From NCBI GenBank assembly GCA_965261085.1, contig OZ253442.1, positions 2,272,001 through 2,336,000 of the forward strand: 64,000 bases of DNA, written 5' to 3'. The position numbers and the translations under genes were made by a program. A model generated the notes under the pieces. The model worked only from the letters and a program-made list of their open reading frames with translations, was not told the DNA's origin and made no database searches. This stretch comes from a bacterium (GTDB lineage Bacteria; UBA8248). Of this stretch, positions 9,486 through 19,843 are shown in pieces (the stretch's first letter is position 1; the number at the start of each line of letters is the position of its first letter).

Positions 9486-10724
9486 CTACAAATCATCGAG
9501 TATTTCGACGGCTTGAAACGATTTTCCCTCCATGAACTCGAGGCTCGCTCCACCGCCCGTGCTCACATGGCTCACCTCCTTGCTCAACCCGGCCATCTCG
9601 ATGGCCGCTGCGCTGTCGCCGCCTCCGATGACGGTCGTGGCGCCGTTTTTCGTCGCCTCCGCGAGGGCATGCGAGACGGCGAACGTGCCCCCATCGAACG
9701 GCTTGACCTCGAAGACGCCCATGGGACCGTTCCAGACGATGGTTTTCGCCCCTAAAATCATTCCAGAAAACCGGCGCGCGGATTCAGGGCCGATGTCGAG
9801 ACCCATCAGGCCCTCGGGAATTTCTCCCTGGAATACCTTGAATGGCGCTCCTTCTTCGATGGCGCGCGCGGCGATGACGTCCGTGGGCAAAACGAGTTTC
9901 TCACCGCCTAAGGATTGCAGCCGCGCGGCGACCTCGATCCTGTCTTCCTCCACGAGGCTCGTGCCCGTTTCCTGGCCGTTCGCCCGCATGAACGTATAGA
10001 CCATGGCGCCGCCGATGAGCACCCGATCGCATTTACTTAAAAGGGTTTCTATGACCATCATCTTATCGGAGACTTTTTTCCCGCCGATGATGGCGAGAAA
10101 GGGTCTTTTCGGCTCATTCAGCGCCCCGCCCAAGTATTGAAGCTCCTTTTCGAGCAGAAATCCCGCGACGCGGGGTTTGCCGACCATCATCTGCGGCACG
10201 GTGAGCATGCTCGCGTTATCGCGGTGGCAGGTGCCGAAGGCGTCGTTCACATAAACGTCGGCCAATGACGCCAACCCCTGCGCGAAAGCGTCTTTTTCCC
10301 GTCTTTGGGCTTCATCCTGAGCCGCCGCCTTATCCTTGATTTGTTCGGCCTTGTGAAAGCGCAGGTTCTCGAGGAGGCAGCATTCTCCGTCTCCCAGCGC
10401 GGCGGCTGCGCTCTCGGCGGCGGGTCCAACGCAGTCTCCCGCAAAACCGACGCTTTTGCCGAGGAGTGCCTCCAGGCGCTCGGCGATGGGCCTGAGTGTC
10501 CATTTGCCGTCGGCCTGCGGGCCATCTCCCGTCGGGCGGCCTAGGTGGCTCATGAGAACGAGGCGGCCGCCGCCACTCAATATGTGGTTTATCGTGGGAA
10601 GCGCCATGCGGATTCTGCGGTCATCAGCGATTCGGCCGTTCACGTCCTGGGGGACGTTGAAGTCCACCCGCATCAGCACCCGCTTACCGCGCACGTCGAG
10701 GTCCGAGATGCTTTTCTTCGTCAT
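9486..10724 (-). CDS. pgk: Phosphoglycerate kinase
   Basis: RVDFNVP, SHLGRP, LLENLRF, VNDAFGTCHR, WNGPMGVFE, GGGDS, HVSTGGGASLE. Confidence 0.97.
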   Translation of the reverse strand: MTKKSISDLDVRGKRVLMRVDFNVPQDVNGRIADDRRIRMALPTINHILSGGGRLVLMSHLGRPTGDGPQADGKWTLRPIAERLEALLGKSVGFAGDCVGPAAESAAAALGDGECCLLENLRFHKAEQIKDKAAAQDEAQRREKDAFAQGLASLADVYVNDAFGTCHRDNASMLTVPQMMVGKPRVAGFLLEKELQYLGGALNEPKRPFLAIIGGKKVSDKMMVIETLLSKCDRVLIGGAMVYTFMRANGQETGTSLVEEDRIEVAARLQSLGGEKLVLPTDVIAARAIEEGAPFKVFQGEIPEGLMGLDIGPESARRFSGMILGAKTIVWNGPMGVFEVKPFDGGTFAVSHALAEATKNGATTVIGGGDSAAAIEMAGLSKEVSHVSTGGGASLEFMEGKSFQAVEILDDL

Positions 10725-10903
10725 GAAGTATCGCCCCTATGGATATGAACGCCGCCGGGAATGTCGCCGAAGGACAAGTGGTGTATAAGGAAAATCGTCA
10801 TGAAAATCCAGCGCCGGGCGATGGTCTTCGAGGTTCGCGTTTTGTCTTCACCCGGCACCGACGCAGATTCGAGTATGAACGGATCGACAAGAAAGGGGAA
10901 TAG

Positions 10904-11698
10904 ATGATCAGCATAGATTTGAGCGGGAAAATCGCCCTGGTGACGGGTTCGAGCCAGGGAATCGGGCAGGCGTGCGCCAGCGTTCTGGCGCGCGCGGGCG
11001 CTTGCGTCGCGCTTGCGGCCCGGAACGAGGAGAATCTGACGGAAACCGCTTCAGAGATCATCGCCGCCGGTGGACGCGCGGAGGTGATGGCGGGCGACCT
11101 CACCCTCGCGGGCCGGACCGAGCGCGTCGTCGAAGAAACCTGCGCCCGCCTGGGTGGGATTGATTTTCTCATCAACGCCGCGGGCGTGAGCAGGCGCTCA
11201 GACCCCATAGAGACGACGGATGAGGACATCGATCTCGCCATCGATTTGAAACTCCGCGCCGCCATCCGTTTGACGAAAGCCGCGATTCCGCAGATGAGAA
11301 AACGCGGCGCGGGCGTCATCGTCTACTTTTCGGGGCTGAGCCATGTGCACACCTCGGAATACCATGGCTCGGGCTGCATATCGAACGCAGGCTTATCCGC
11401 CTACAAGCATCAGCTCGCCCGCAGGCTGGCGCCCGAGAACATCCGGGTGAACCTCATCAACCCCGGAACGACGGACACTCCGAGGTATGTCCGGCAGACG
11501 ACGAGAATCGCAGAGTTGACGAGCCGCACGTATGAAGAGGTGGATGCGGAAAGGCGCGCCGAATTGCCCATGGGTCGTCTTACGCGGGCCGAGGATTGCG
11601 CCAACGCGGCGTTGTTTCTGGTCTCCGACCTGGCTTCGAACATCACGGGGGAATCCATCAACGTGGACGGCGGGCGGTGCGACGTGGTGAGACCCTAG
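10904..11698 (+). CDS. SDR family oxidoreductase (atypical active site)
   Basis: TGSSQGIG, LINAAG, RVNLINPG, ITGESINVDGG; GCISNAG in place of YxxxK. Confidence 0.85.
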   Translation: MISIDLSGKIALVTGSSQGIGQACASVLARAGACVALAARNEENLTETASEIIAAGGRAEVMAGDLTLAGRTERVVEETCARLGGIDFLINAAGVSRRSDPIETTDEDIDLAIDLKLRAAIRLTKAAIPQMRKRGAGVIVYFSGLSHVHTSEYHGSGCISNAGLSAYKHQLARRLAPENIRVNLINPGTTDTPRYVRQTTRIAELTSRTYEEVDAERRAELPMGRLTRAEDCANAALFLVSDLASNITGESINVDGGRCDVVRP

Positions 11699-12459
11699 AG
11701 GGCGCTGCTGCCGCCGTCGAGATATACCGTCTGCCCGGTCATGAAGTTACTCTGGGGGCCGCAAAGGTAGACAACGAGGGGCCGTATTTCTTCAGGCTCG
11801 CCATAGCGCTTCATGGGGACGAAGCGCAAGAACTCCTCGCTTTGCGCCGGATCGGCGATTCGATCGACCGTCATCGGGGTCGGGAAGCGGCCAGGCGCGA
11901 TGCAGTTCACCTGAATGTTTTTCTCCGCAAGTTCGACGGCGAGCGCCTCGGTGAAACCCCGGACGCCTGCCTTAGACGCCGCATAGGCCACCTGATTGGG
12001 ACGGCCCCGGCTGCCTGCGCCCGAGCCGAGATTGATAATTTTGCCTCCCCCCGCCTCGAGCATGTAGCGCACCGCCGCCCGGCAGCAATAGAACATGCCG
12101 CTTAAATTCAAATCGATGGTCTCGCGCCAGATTTCATCCGTCATCTCGAGAATCGGGCTGGGGAGCGAAACGCCCGCGTTGTTGATGAGAATATGCGGGC
12201 CGCCCAATTCCTTGTTGACTTGCTCGAACAAGGCGCTCACCCGCGCCGAATTCGTGATGTCGCAAACGGCGGGCATGGCCTGGACGCCGAATTTCTCACA
12301 TTCTTTCGCGGTTTCGACCATCGGTTCCGGCCGCCTGCCGATGAGGACGACGTCCGCGCCTGCCTCAGCAAGACCGATGGCCAACGAAGCGCCGAGCCCC
12401 TGCCCGCCGCCCGTGATGCAGGCTGTCTTGCCGCTTAAGTCCACGCCGGGTGAGGTCAT
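11695..12459 (-). CDS. SDR family oxidoreductase (FabG/KduD-like)
   Basis: TGGGQGLG, INNAG, YAASK, MTGQTVYLDGG; start MTSPGVDL after a GGAG RBS. Confidence 0.9.
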   Translation of the reverse strand: MTSPGVDLSGKTACITGGGQGLGASLAIGLAEAGADVVLIGRRPEPMVETAKECEKFGVQAMPAVCDITNSARVSALFEQVNKELGGPHILINNAGVSLPSPILEMTDEIWRETIDLNLSGMFYCCRAAVRYMLEAGGGKIINLGSGAGSRGRPNQVAYAASKAGVRGFTEALAVELAEKNIQVNCIAPGRFPTPMTVDRIADPAQSEEFLRFVPMKRYGEPEEIRPLVVYLCGPQSNFMTGQTVYLDGGSSAL

Positions 12460-12656
12460 TTTTCTCCGCCTCATACTGCGGTTTGCAAAAAGCGTCTGCG
12501 TTGTGTTTCCCGGTTTGGGTGCGCCAAAGTCGCTCAAGGACTTTACCACCATGCGCTACTGGGGTACATAAGGCATGGTTCCGACATGGATTCGATAACA
12601 CTTCTCTTCAGCGCTTTGGTTGAAGAGTCCGAGACAACATATTTTGTGAGGATGCC

Positions 12657-13898
12657 ATGAGTCTCGCGCAAGCGCCTGCAGTTATCAGTTCTGAAAATAC
12701 GGAGTTGGTCGGCTATCACGACCTAGAGGATCGGCCCGCCTTCAAGACGGCGATTCAGGAAGTAGATGGACGCTTTTATCTGTATCTATCGCATTTCTGG
12801 GAGAGCGGCTGGAGCGTTTTTGACGTGACGGAGCCTGCGGACCCCAAACTACTCAAGTTCATCGAGGGCCCCGACAACACCTGGACCCTGCAGGTGCAGG
12901 TGGCGGATGGCTTGCTCATCACCTCTTTGGAGAAAATTCCCCCCGGATGGGGGCCGAGGCCCGAGGATCCACCTGAAGCCGAAGGCGTCTACATCTGGGA
13001 CGTGAAAAAAGACCCCGGGGATCCAGAACTTATCTCGCACTGGCAGACGGGGGCCGACGGCACGCACAGGAATTTTTACAACGGTGGCCGCTATGTCCAC
13101 TTGTCCGCATACGCGCCCGGCTACGATGGGAACATTTACCGCATTCTGGATTTGTCCGATCCCCGAAACCCCAAGGAAGCGGGCCGTTTCTGGCTTCCCG
13201 AGCAAGAGCAGGAACCTGCCGCAGGGTCAGATGATTGGAGCGAAGGGATGCGCGTGTTCCAGCACGGGCCCGCTCATGCGGAAAACGGGCGGGCGTATTT
13301 GCCGTATGCGCGTGGCGGGTTCGTTATCGCGGATATAGAGGACATATCCAGCCCCAAACTCATCAGCCGTTTCAACGTCTACCCGCCGCTGGGCAGCGCG
13401 ATCGCCGTACACACGGCGTATCCTTATCTCAAGCGGGGCTTCGCCATCATCAACAGCGAGGCGCTCAAGGAGAATTGCGACGAGCCGCTCAACTACACGG
13501 CGATAATCGACATCAAAGACGAAACGGCCCCGAGACTCATGACTCTCTTCCCGGTTCCCGAGCCGCCGCCTGGTTATTCCCACAAGAGTTTTTGCGAGCG
13601 AGGCGGACGATTCGGCCCGCACAATCAACACCACTCCCAGGGGCTCGATTGTCTGGAGCAGAGGGAAGACCGCGTTTACCTGACGTATTTCAACGCGGGT
13701 CTTCGGGTCTATGATATTTCAGAGCCCATCCACCCACGCGAGATCGCGCACTACATACCCGCCGACCCGACGAAACGCCTCGGCATGCTGCCCAAAACGC
13801 TCGTCACCCAGAGCGAGGACGTGATCGTGGACAGGCGGGGGGTCATTTATGTTACGGACAAGAACCACGGACTGCATATATTGCGTTGTACTGTTTAG
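12657..13898 (+). CDS. LVIVD-repeat beta-propeller protein
   Basis: Repeated blades SVFDVTEPADP, RILDLSDPRNP, VIADIEDISSP, RVYDISEPIHPREIA; His motifs GTHRN, QHGPAH, AVHT, RFGPHNQH. Confidence 0.8.
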   Translation: MSLAQAPAVISSENTELVGYHDLEDRPAFKTAIQEVDGRFYLYLSHFWESGWSVFDVTEPADPKLLKFIEGPDNTWTLQVQVADGLLITSLEKIPPGWGPRPEDPPEAEGVYIWDVKKDPGDPELISHWQTGADGTHRNFYNGGRYVHLSAYAPGYDGNIYRILDLSDPRNPKEAGRFWLPEQEQEPAAGSDDWSEGMRVFQHGPAHAENGRAYLPYARGGFVIADIEDISSPKLISRFNVYPPLGSAIAVHTAYPYLKRGFAIINSEALKENCDEPLNYTAIIDIKDETAPRLMTLFPVPEPPPGYSHKSFCERGGRFGPHNQHHSQGLDCLEQREDRVYLTYFNAGLRVYDISEPIHPREIAHYIPADPTKRLGMLPKTLVTQSEDVIVDRRGVIYVTDKNHGLHILRCTV

Positions 13899-13918
13899 GT
13901 GAAAAGGAGAAAAATTCT

Positions 13919-14608
13919 ATGCCTACCATCGTTGACCTTTCACGAGAGATTTATCATCGCACGCCCGCATATCCGGGCCAGCCGCCCATCCTGTACGCCG
14001 AGTGGAAAAATCATGAAGAGGCCTTCAAGGACTCGGGCAATGTCTGGGGGAACGCCCTGAACTTCGTCACCATGCCCGAGCACGGCACCACGCATCTCGA
14101 CGCTCCGCGCCACTTCCACAAAGATGCGACGCCGATGAACGAGTATCCGCTCGAGAATTGCATCGTTCGCGGCATTTGCATCGATTTGCAGCACATCGAG
14201 CCCAGGGTGGAGATCAGCTCGAACGACCTCGATGAGGCGGTGAAGAAGACCGGCCTCTCGGCTCCCCAGGGGGGTACGATTCTGCTCTGTACGGGCCACC
14301 ATGCCCGTACTTTCCCGACGAAGGCGTATGGAACGGATAATCCGGGCATCAATATCGAGGCCACCGAATGGCTCGCGGATCAGGGAATCGTCCATTTCGG
14401 AATCGATTCCATGCGTCCCGGCCCCGAGGGAGACATCAACGCTCTGGTGCACAAGACTTGCTGGGAGAGGGGAATCACCCACCTGGAAAGCCTGTGCAAC
14501 TTAGAAGCGCTGCTGGGTAAGGGAGAGTTCCAGTTTATTTCCCTGCCTCTGAAATTCCGCGAGGGGACGGGAAGCCCTGTCCGCGCCGTGGCGGTTCTCG
14601 ACGATTAG
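13919..14608 (+). CDS. Cyclase family metal-dependent hydrolase (kynurenine formamidase-like)
   Basis: HGTTHLDAPRHF (HxGTHxDxPxH-like), GID, HLESLCNL, GTGSPVRAVA; AGGAG RBS. Confidence 0.9.
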   Translation: MPTIVDLSREIYHRTPAYPGQPPILYAEWKNHEEAFKDSGNVWGNALNFVTMPEHGTTHLDAPRHFHKDATPMNEYPLENCIVRGICIDLQHIEPRVEISSNDLDEAVKKTGLSAPQGGTILLCTGHHARTFPTKAYGTDNPGINIEATEWLADQGIVHFGIDSMRPGPEGDINALVHKTCWERGITHLESLCNLEALLGKGEFQFISLPLKFREGTGSPVRAVAVLDD

Positions 14609-14743
14609 TTCGTGTTCCGGGGTCCTTGCCCTTTAGTGGCGAGGACCCCGTCTTTTCGATTAAATGGCCAAAATGTGATAGGCTAGGTGTCTATCTGCGA
14701 CATCCGCCCCGGGGAGGGGATTTCTTAGCCCTCCGCAAAGCCT

Positions 14744-15478
14744 ATGCCCGAGTCTCCCAAACCCCGATCGGAGTACGCGCTCGAACTGGGGCGCCGCATC
14801 GCGCGCGCGCGTGAACGCAAGAGTTTGAACCGCAACCAACTGGCGCGCGCTGCAGGAGTCACCTGGGCGAATCTCACCCGTTACGAACAGGGACAAAACG
14901 AGCCGAGCGCGAGCAAACTTTTTGAAATCGCAAAAGTGCTCGATGTCTCCAGCGATTGGTTGCTGGGCCGAACCGGTGCGCCGGAAATTCCGGGCGTCGG
15001 GCCTCTGGATGTGGCCTTGAGCATGAGTGATAATTTGCAGGCGCCGGGCAAGGTGAACGATGCGGAATTTCGCGCCGTGCCTTTGGTGTCGGGCTCTATC
15101 GCGGCGGGAAGCGCCAGAATCGTGGATGAGGAAATCGAAGAATATGCGCTCATCCACGTCTCTCAGATTGCCGGGCGTGGAGATTTGGTCTCGGTTCGGG
15201 TGGACAGGGACATGGGCCGCAGCATGGTTCCCTTGATCCAGCCGGGCGCCGTGGTCGTCATTGATCGCCGTGACAAGGTGATCGTTTCAGACGGCATTTA
15301 CGCCGTTCGGGATGAATCCGGGGGGTGTACGCTCAAACGGTTGCAGTGGGCCCCGCCTCGTCTATGGCTGGTGCCGGAGAATCGCGAAGAAGTGGTTACG
15401 CATATCGATTTGGACGGGGAAGAGCCTGCCGATCGAATCGTGGGCCGTGTCGTCTGGGCCTATCAGCCGCTCGCCTGA
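14744..15478 (+). CDS. XRE HTH plus S24 peptidase (LexA/CI-like) transcriptional regulator
   Basis: N-terminal HTH (LARAAGVTWANLTRYEQG), IAAG cleavage-site region, GRSMVP catalytic Ser, TLKRL catalytic Lys, IVGRVVW. Confidence 0.85.
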   Translation: MPESPKPRSEYALELGRRIARARERKSLNRNQLARAAGVTWANLTRYEQGQNEPSASKLFEIAKVLDVSSDWLLGRTGAPEIPGVGPLDVALSMSDNLQAPGKVNDAEFRAVPLVSGSIAAGSARIVDEEIEEYALIHVSQIAGRGDLVSVRVDRDMGRSMVPLIQPGAVVVIDRRDKVIVSDGIYAVRDESGGCTLKRLQWAPPRLWLVPENREEVVTHIDLDGEEPADRIVGRVVWAYQPLA

Positions 15479-15481
15479 AAA

Positions 15482-16474
15482 TCAGGAACCCATCAATTCC
15501 CTGCATTTCTCCGTCAGGGCGGGGATGATTTTCTTGTAGTCTCCCACGATGCCGTAGCGTGCGCGCTGGAAGATGGGCGCTTCGGCGTCCGTGTTGATGG
15601 CCACGATGTTTTTGCTTGGCCCTGCGCCGACCATGTGCTGCATGGCGCCCGATATGCCGACGGCGATATAGAGATTCGGGTTCACAATTTTGCCCGTTTG
15701 GCCCACTTGCATGGGCGTCGGCACCCAGCCGGCGTCGACGGCGGCGCGGCTTGCGCCCACGGCCGCTTTGAGAACCTTGGCGAGTTCCTGCAGGTATTCG
15801 AAATTTTCGGGCCCCCCCAGGCCGCGGCCGCCGCTCACGACGATTTCCGCATCTTCCAAACGGACACCTTCTGCTTCCACTTTTTTCGCCTCCACGAAAA
15901 TCATGCGAATATCGTCGGCATCCACTGAAACGCCGATTTCCATGAACTCGCCCTCGCGGCCCTCTTCTATATCGGCCAGCGGCAGGGCTTTCGCGCGTGT
16001 GGATGCGATGGAGAGGGAATCTGTTTTTGAGCGGATATGGCTGATGGCGCTGCCCCCGTGCACCGGGCGAACGGCGGCGAGTTTGCCGTCCTCAATCATC
16101 AGGTCCGTGCAGTCGTGCGCATAGCTGGCGCCATGGCGGAAGGCAAGCCTGGGCGCGACGTCCCGCCCCGTGGAAGTATTGGCGACCAGAAAAATGGTCG
16201 GGTTCTCTTCCGTGATGACGGCGCCGATTACTTTCAGATACGCCGCATTGGTATACCCATCCAGAATATCCGATTCGGCCGCCAGCACCTTGTCGGCTCC
16301 CAGGGCGATGAGACCTTTTGCCAACTTCTGGGTGCCGGGGCCGCCGAGGAGGAGAGCCACCAGGGAACCTCCTTTTTCGTCGGCGAGTTTTCGGCCGATT
16401 CCACAAAGCTCACTGCTCACGAGCGCCAGCTTGTCCACTGTGCGCTCGGCTAAAATAAGGACGTTGTTCGGCAT
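15482..16474 (-). CDS. etfA: Electron transfer flavoprotein alpha subunit
   Basis: [45 protein letters not shown]. Confidence 0.95.
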   Translation of the reverse strand: MPNNVLILAERTVDKLALVSSELCGIGRKLADEKGGSLVALLLGGPGTQKLAKGLIALGADKVLAAESDILDGYTNAAYLKVIGAVITEENPTIFLVANTSTGRDVAPRLAFRHGASYAHDCTDLMIEDGKLAAVRPVHGGSAISHIRSKTDSLSIASTRAKALPLADIEEGREGEFMEIGVSVDADDIRMIFVEAKKVEAEGVRLEDAEIVVSGGRGLGGPENFEYLQELAKVLKAAVGASRAAVDAGWVPTPMQVGQTGKIVNPNLYIAVGISGAMQHMVGAGPSKNIVAINTDAEAPIFQRARYGIVGDYKKIIPALTEKCRELMGS

Positions 16475-16492
16475 GGCGTTGTTATTTCTCCC

Positions 16493-17293
16493 TTAAATAA
16501 TTTTATCTTCACGAAGACGAAGCGCCAGGGCGCCAGCTGCTTCTTCGAGTGATTCGCCTTCGATGAATTCGCAATTTCCGTCAAATACGGGCTTGTAGAA
16601 TTTAGTGACTTCAAAAGTAACCGCCTCTTTTCCGACCGAAGCGGGGTCTATGCCGATGTCCGCCACGCCCCAGACGGGAATTTGCTTGCGCGACGCCATC
16701 AAGATGCCTTTGACCGAGGGCAGACGAGGGGTGTTGATCTCGTTACTGGCGGTGAGCAGGCACGGGGTCGAAACTTCGACGACCTCCACGCCGTCTTCCA
16801 GAGCGCGTTCGCACCGAAGACCCGCATCGGTTTTCTCCACTTTCTGAAGCTGGCTTACGCTGGGAAGCTCAAGCGCTTCGGCGAGGGCGAGGGCAGTGGT
16901 TCCGTAGCTCCAGTCGCTGCTCAGCCTGCCGCAGAGGATGACGTCGAAACCATCCAACATTTGGATGGCGCTCGCCAGAATTCGCGCCGTAGCGAAGGCG
17001 TCGGAACCCTCAAAGGCCTCGTCTTGAAGCAAAATGGCTTCATCGCATCCCATGGCCAGGCATTTTTTCAGACCATCTCTGGCCTTTTGATCGCCCAGCG
17101 TCATGACGGTGATTTTTCCGCCGTGTTCTTCCTTGAGGTTGATGGCCGCCTCGACGGCGTTTTCGCAAAAGCCGTTGATGACGGGCGATACGTTCGCGGG
17201 TGGAATGACATCCATCTTCTCTTCATCGACCTTGAAATCACGGGGAGGAATGTCGGGGTCTTGTACTTGCTTGATGCAGACGATGATATCCAA
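16493..17293 (-). CDS. etfB: Electron transfer flavoprotein beta subunit
   Basis: IIVCIKQV, LAMGCDEA, INTPRLPSVKGI; TTG start with AGGAG RBS. Confidence 0.93.
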   Translation of the reverse strand: MDIIVCIKQVQDPDIPPRDFKVDEEKMDVIPPANVSPVINGFCENAVEAAINLKEEHGGKITVMTLGDQKARDGLKKCLAMGCDEAILLQDEAFEGSDAFATARILASAIQMLDGFDVILCGRLSSDWSYGTTALALAEALELPSVSQLQKVEKTDAGLRCERALEDGVEVVEVSTPCLLTASNEINTPRLPSVKGILMASRKQIPVWGVADIGIDPASVGKEAVTFEVTKFYKPVFDGNCEFIEGESLEEAAGALALRLREDKII

Positions 17294-17589
17294 AGGGTTG
17301 ATTCTCCTGTTTTTGCTAGTTCGAATCTGTCATGGTCGCTTGAGGCGCTCGGATATATTCTGAATCAACAAAACGAGACGGCCTAAAAATAATGAGATGG
17401 AGCCGATGCGTCAACCAAGCAAGGCGTTTTTCTAGATTTTGCGCCCGCCGGTGAGATTTGGATTCCGCTTTCGTGTTTGACAGTGCAAAAAATCCGGGGG
17501 ATAAGATGACAATGGTTTGTCTGAATAGAATACTTTTCGATAAGCGGCTTTTCATTGTGTTTCCAGTTTTGGAATAGAGGGTCCCTCCC

Positions 17590-18681
17590 ATGTCAGAAGC
17601 AACAGAAGCCCAGATTCTAGAGGCTCTGAAGAAGGTGCGAGACCCTGAGGTCGGAAAAGACCTCGTGAGCCTCAACATGATCAAGGATGTGCAGATTTGT
17701 GGAGATGCAGTCGCTTTCACGCTGCAGTTGACGACGCCTGCGCATCCGCGCAAAGAAGAGTTCGAACAGGAATGCAAGCTGGCCGTCGGTTCTTTGGAGA
17801 ACGTGAATTCTGTGAACGTCCGTGTGACCAGCCACGTCACCGCGCGGCCCTCTATGGCGGGCAAAATGGACATCGCGGGTGTGAAGAACATCATCGCCAT
17901 AGCAAGCGGGAAGGGCGGTGTGGGCAAATCCACTGTGGCGGTGAACATCGCGCTAGCCTTGAGGAAAGAAGGCGCGAAGGTGGGGATACTGGACGCCGAT
18001 ATTTACGGACCGAGCCAACCCCTGATGCTGGGGATTCCCAAGGCGCAGCCCATAGCGGCGGGGGAGAACAAAATAAACCCCCTGGAGGCGCATGGACTGA
18101 AAGTCATGTCGATGGGGTTTCTGGTCGATGAGGACAGCCCCGTCATCTGGCGCGGCCCCATGGTGATGCGGGCGCTCGTGCAGTTTTTGAGCGAGACGAT
18201 TTGGGGGGAACTCGACTATCTGGTTCTGGACTTGCCTCCCGGCACCGGCGACGCGCAATTGACCATCGTGCAGCAGGTGTCTCTGGCGGGCGCCGTTATC
18301 GTCACCACACCTCAGGATATCGCTTTACTCGATGCGCGCAAGGGCCTTCAGATGTTCAGAAAAACCGACGTGCCCATCCTCGGCATTATCGAAAACATGA
18401 GCTATTACATGTGTCCCGAATGCGGGCATCGTGAAAACATTTTCGACACGGGCGGCGGGGAGAAAGCCTCCCAGCGCTATGAAGTCTCGTTTTTGGGGGC
18501 CATTCCACTCGATATCAAAGTGAGGATGGGAGGAGACTCCGGCGTGCCCGTCGTAGCGGGAGAGCCTGATCATCCGACGGCGAGGGCTTTTCGCGAGGCG
18601 GCCAGAAAAGTGGCTGAGCAGGTGGCTATCGTCAACGCATCAGGGCCCATATCGGTGCCTGAACTCAAGATCATCGGGTAG
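17590..18681 (+). CDS. apbC: Mrp/NBP35 Fe-S cluster carrier ATPase ApbC
   Basis: DUF59-like N-terminus, SGKGGVGKST, LDADIYGPS, IWRGPM, DLPPGTGD, ENMS..CPEC. Confidence 0.95.
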   Translation: MSEATEAQILEALKKVRDPEVGKDLVSLNMIKDVQICGDAVAFTLQLTTPAHPRKEEFEQECKLAVGSLENVNSVNVRVTSHVTARPSMAGKMDIAGVKNIIAIASGKGGVGKSTVAVNIALALRKEGAKVGILDADIYGPSQPLMLGIPKAQPIAAGENKINPLEAHGLKVMSMGFLVDEDSPVIWRGPMVMRALVQFLSETIWGELDYLVLDLPPGTGDAQLTIVQQVSLAGAVIVTTPQDIALLDARKGLQMFRKTDVPILGIIENMSYYMCPECGHRENIFDTGGGEKASQRYEVSFLGAIPLDIKVRMGGDSGVPVVAGEPDHPTARAFREAARKVAEQVAIVNASGPISVPELKIIG

Positions 18682-18840
18682 AAAAGATAACAATGGCGGA
18701 CGCCCCCGTGCGGGAAGTCCGGGCTCGCAATTCCGCCTCAGACCAGCGAATCATCTTTTAGCCCATTGACCGCTTCGTTCGAGGATGTAGCTTTCCTCAG
18801 GCGAGGTGTGCGGGCGATTTCTCATAAAAGGACTTATATC

Positions 18841-19788
18841 TTGGCGAAAGTAGTGTTGATCGATCCGCTTTACTCGACTCCAGCGTGGAATGTGGCTTCC
18901 GATTGGCTGGGTGCGGAGCACGAAGTCGTCGCTCCGGATGAATACACCCCGGCGGCCATAGAGCCGTTGCTGCCGGAGGCGGAGGGCATACTCACTGTGT
19001 TCCGGCCCGTCTCGCCCGAGATGATGGACATGGCGCCCAATCTCAAGGTGGTGGCCAAGCCGGGCGCAGGCGTGGATAACATCAATGTCGATGCGGCCAA
19101 TGAGCGGGGCGTCATGGTGTGCAACGTCGAGGGCGTACGGGGACGCTCCGTGGCGGAGCACGCTTTTTTCATGGCGCTGTATCTCGCGCGCCACGCCTGG
19201 ATGCGGGATGAGCAGGAAACTTGGGAGCATGTGCCCGCGGTGCAATTGGGCGGCAAATCGCTCGGCATCGTGGGTCTTGGAGATATCGGACGCAGTGCGG
19301 CGCGTATCGGCGATGGTTTCGGTATGGAGCTGCTCATCAACACGCGCACGGAAGATCCTTCCTACGTGCCCGAGGCGAAGCTCGAATTCCTGTCTTTTGA
19401 GGCGCTATTGCCGCGCGTTGATTTCCTGATTCTGTGCATGCCCCTGGCCCCAGAGATGCGGGGCATCATGAACAAGGAAAACATCTTGAAAATGAAACAA
19501 GACGCCATTCTCATCAATGTTTCGAGAGGTCCCGCCGTGGTGAGTGATGATCTTCTGGAGGTGATGCGCGACGGCCACCTCGCAGGTGCTGGGCTTGATG
19601 TCACCGACCCTGAGCCTCTGCCGAAAGACCATGGCTTGTGGGGTTTGGAGAACGTCATCATCAGCCCGCACCATGCTTCCCGGACGCCGGAGACGCAGGT
19701 TGCCGCCATGGAGCGCACGGCGGAGAACATGCGCAAAGCCCTGGCCGGTGAAAAACCCGTCAATATCGTGAACCCAGAAGTCATGTAA
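18841..19788 (+). CDS. D-isomer-specific 2-hydroxyacid dehydrogenase
   Basis: GAGVDNI, GIVGLGDIG, INVSRG, AGLDVTDPEPL, SPHHA; TTG start. Confidence 0.9.
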   Translation: MAKVVLIDPLYSTPAWNVASDWLGAEHEVVAPDEYTPAAIEPLLPEAEGILTVFRPVSPEMMDMAPNLKVVAKPGAGVDNINVDAANERGVMVCNVEGVRGRSVAEHAFFMALYLARHAWMRDEQETWEHVPAVQLGGKSLGIVGLGDIGRSAARIGDGFGMELLINTRTEDPSYVPEAKLEFLSFEALLPRVDFLILCMPLAPEMRGIMNKENILKMKQDAILINVSRGPAVVSDDLLEVMRDGHLAGAGLDVTDPEPLPKDHGLWGLENVIISPHHASRTPETQVAAMERTAENMRKALAGEKPVNIVNPEVM

Positions 19789-19843
19789 TCGATTTTCCCC
19801 TATGCCGGACAGGTCGATGCAGGCCGGCCGGGCCGGAGTGTGA

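Noticed and set aside
14626-15539. Prophage around the CI-like repressor
   Set aside because: No integrase, structural or replication genes; the flanks are a cyclase gene and etfA.
18712-18726. GGGAAGTCCGGGCTC resembles the RNase P RNA 5' conserved motif
   Set aside because: The intergenic space is only ~160 bp and the other conserved RNase P elements are absent.
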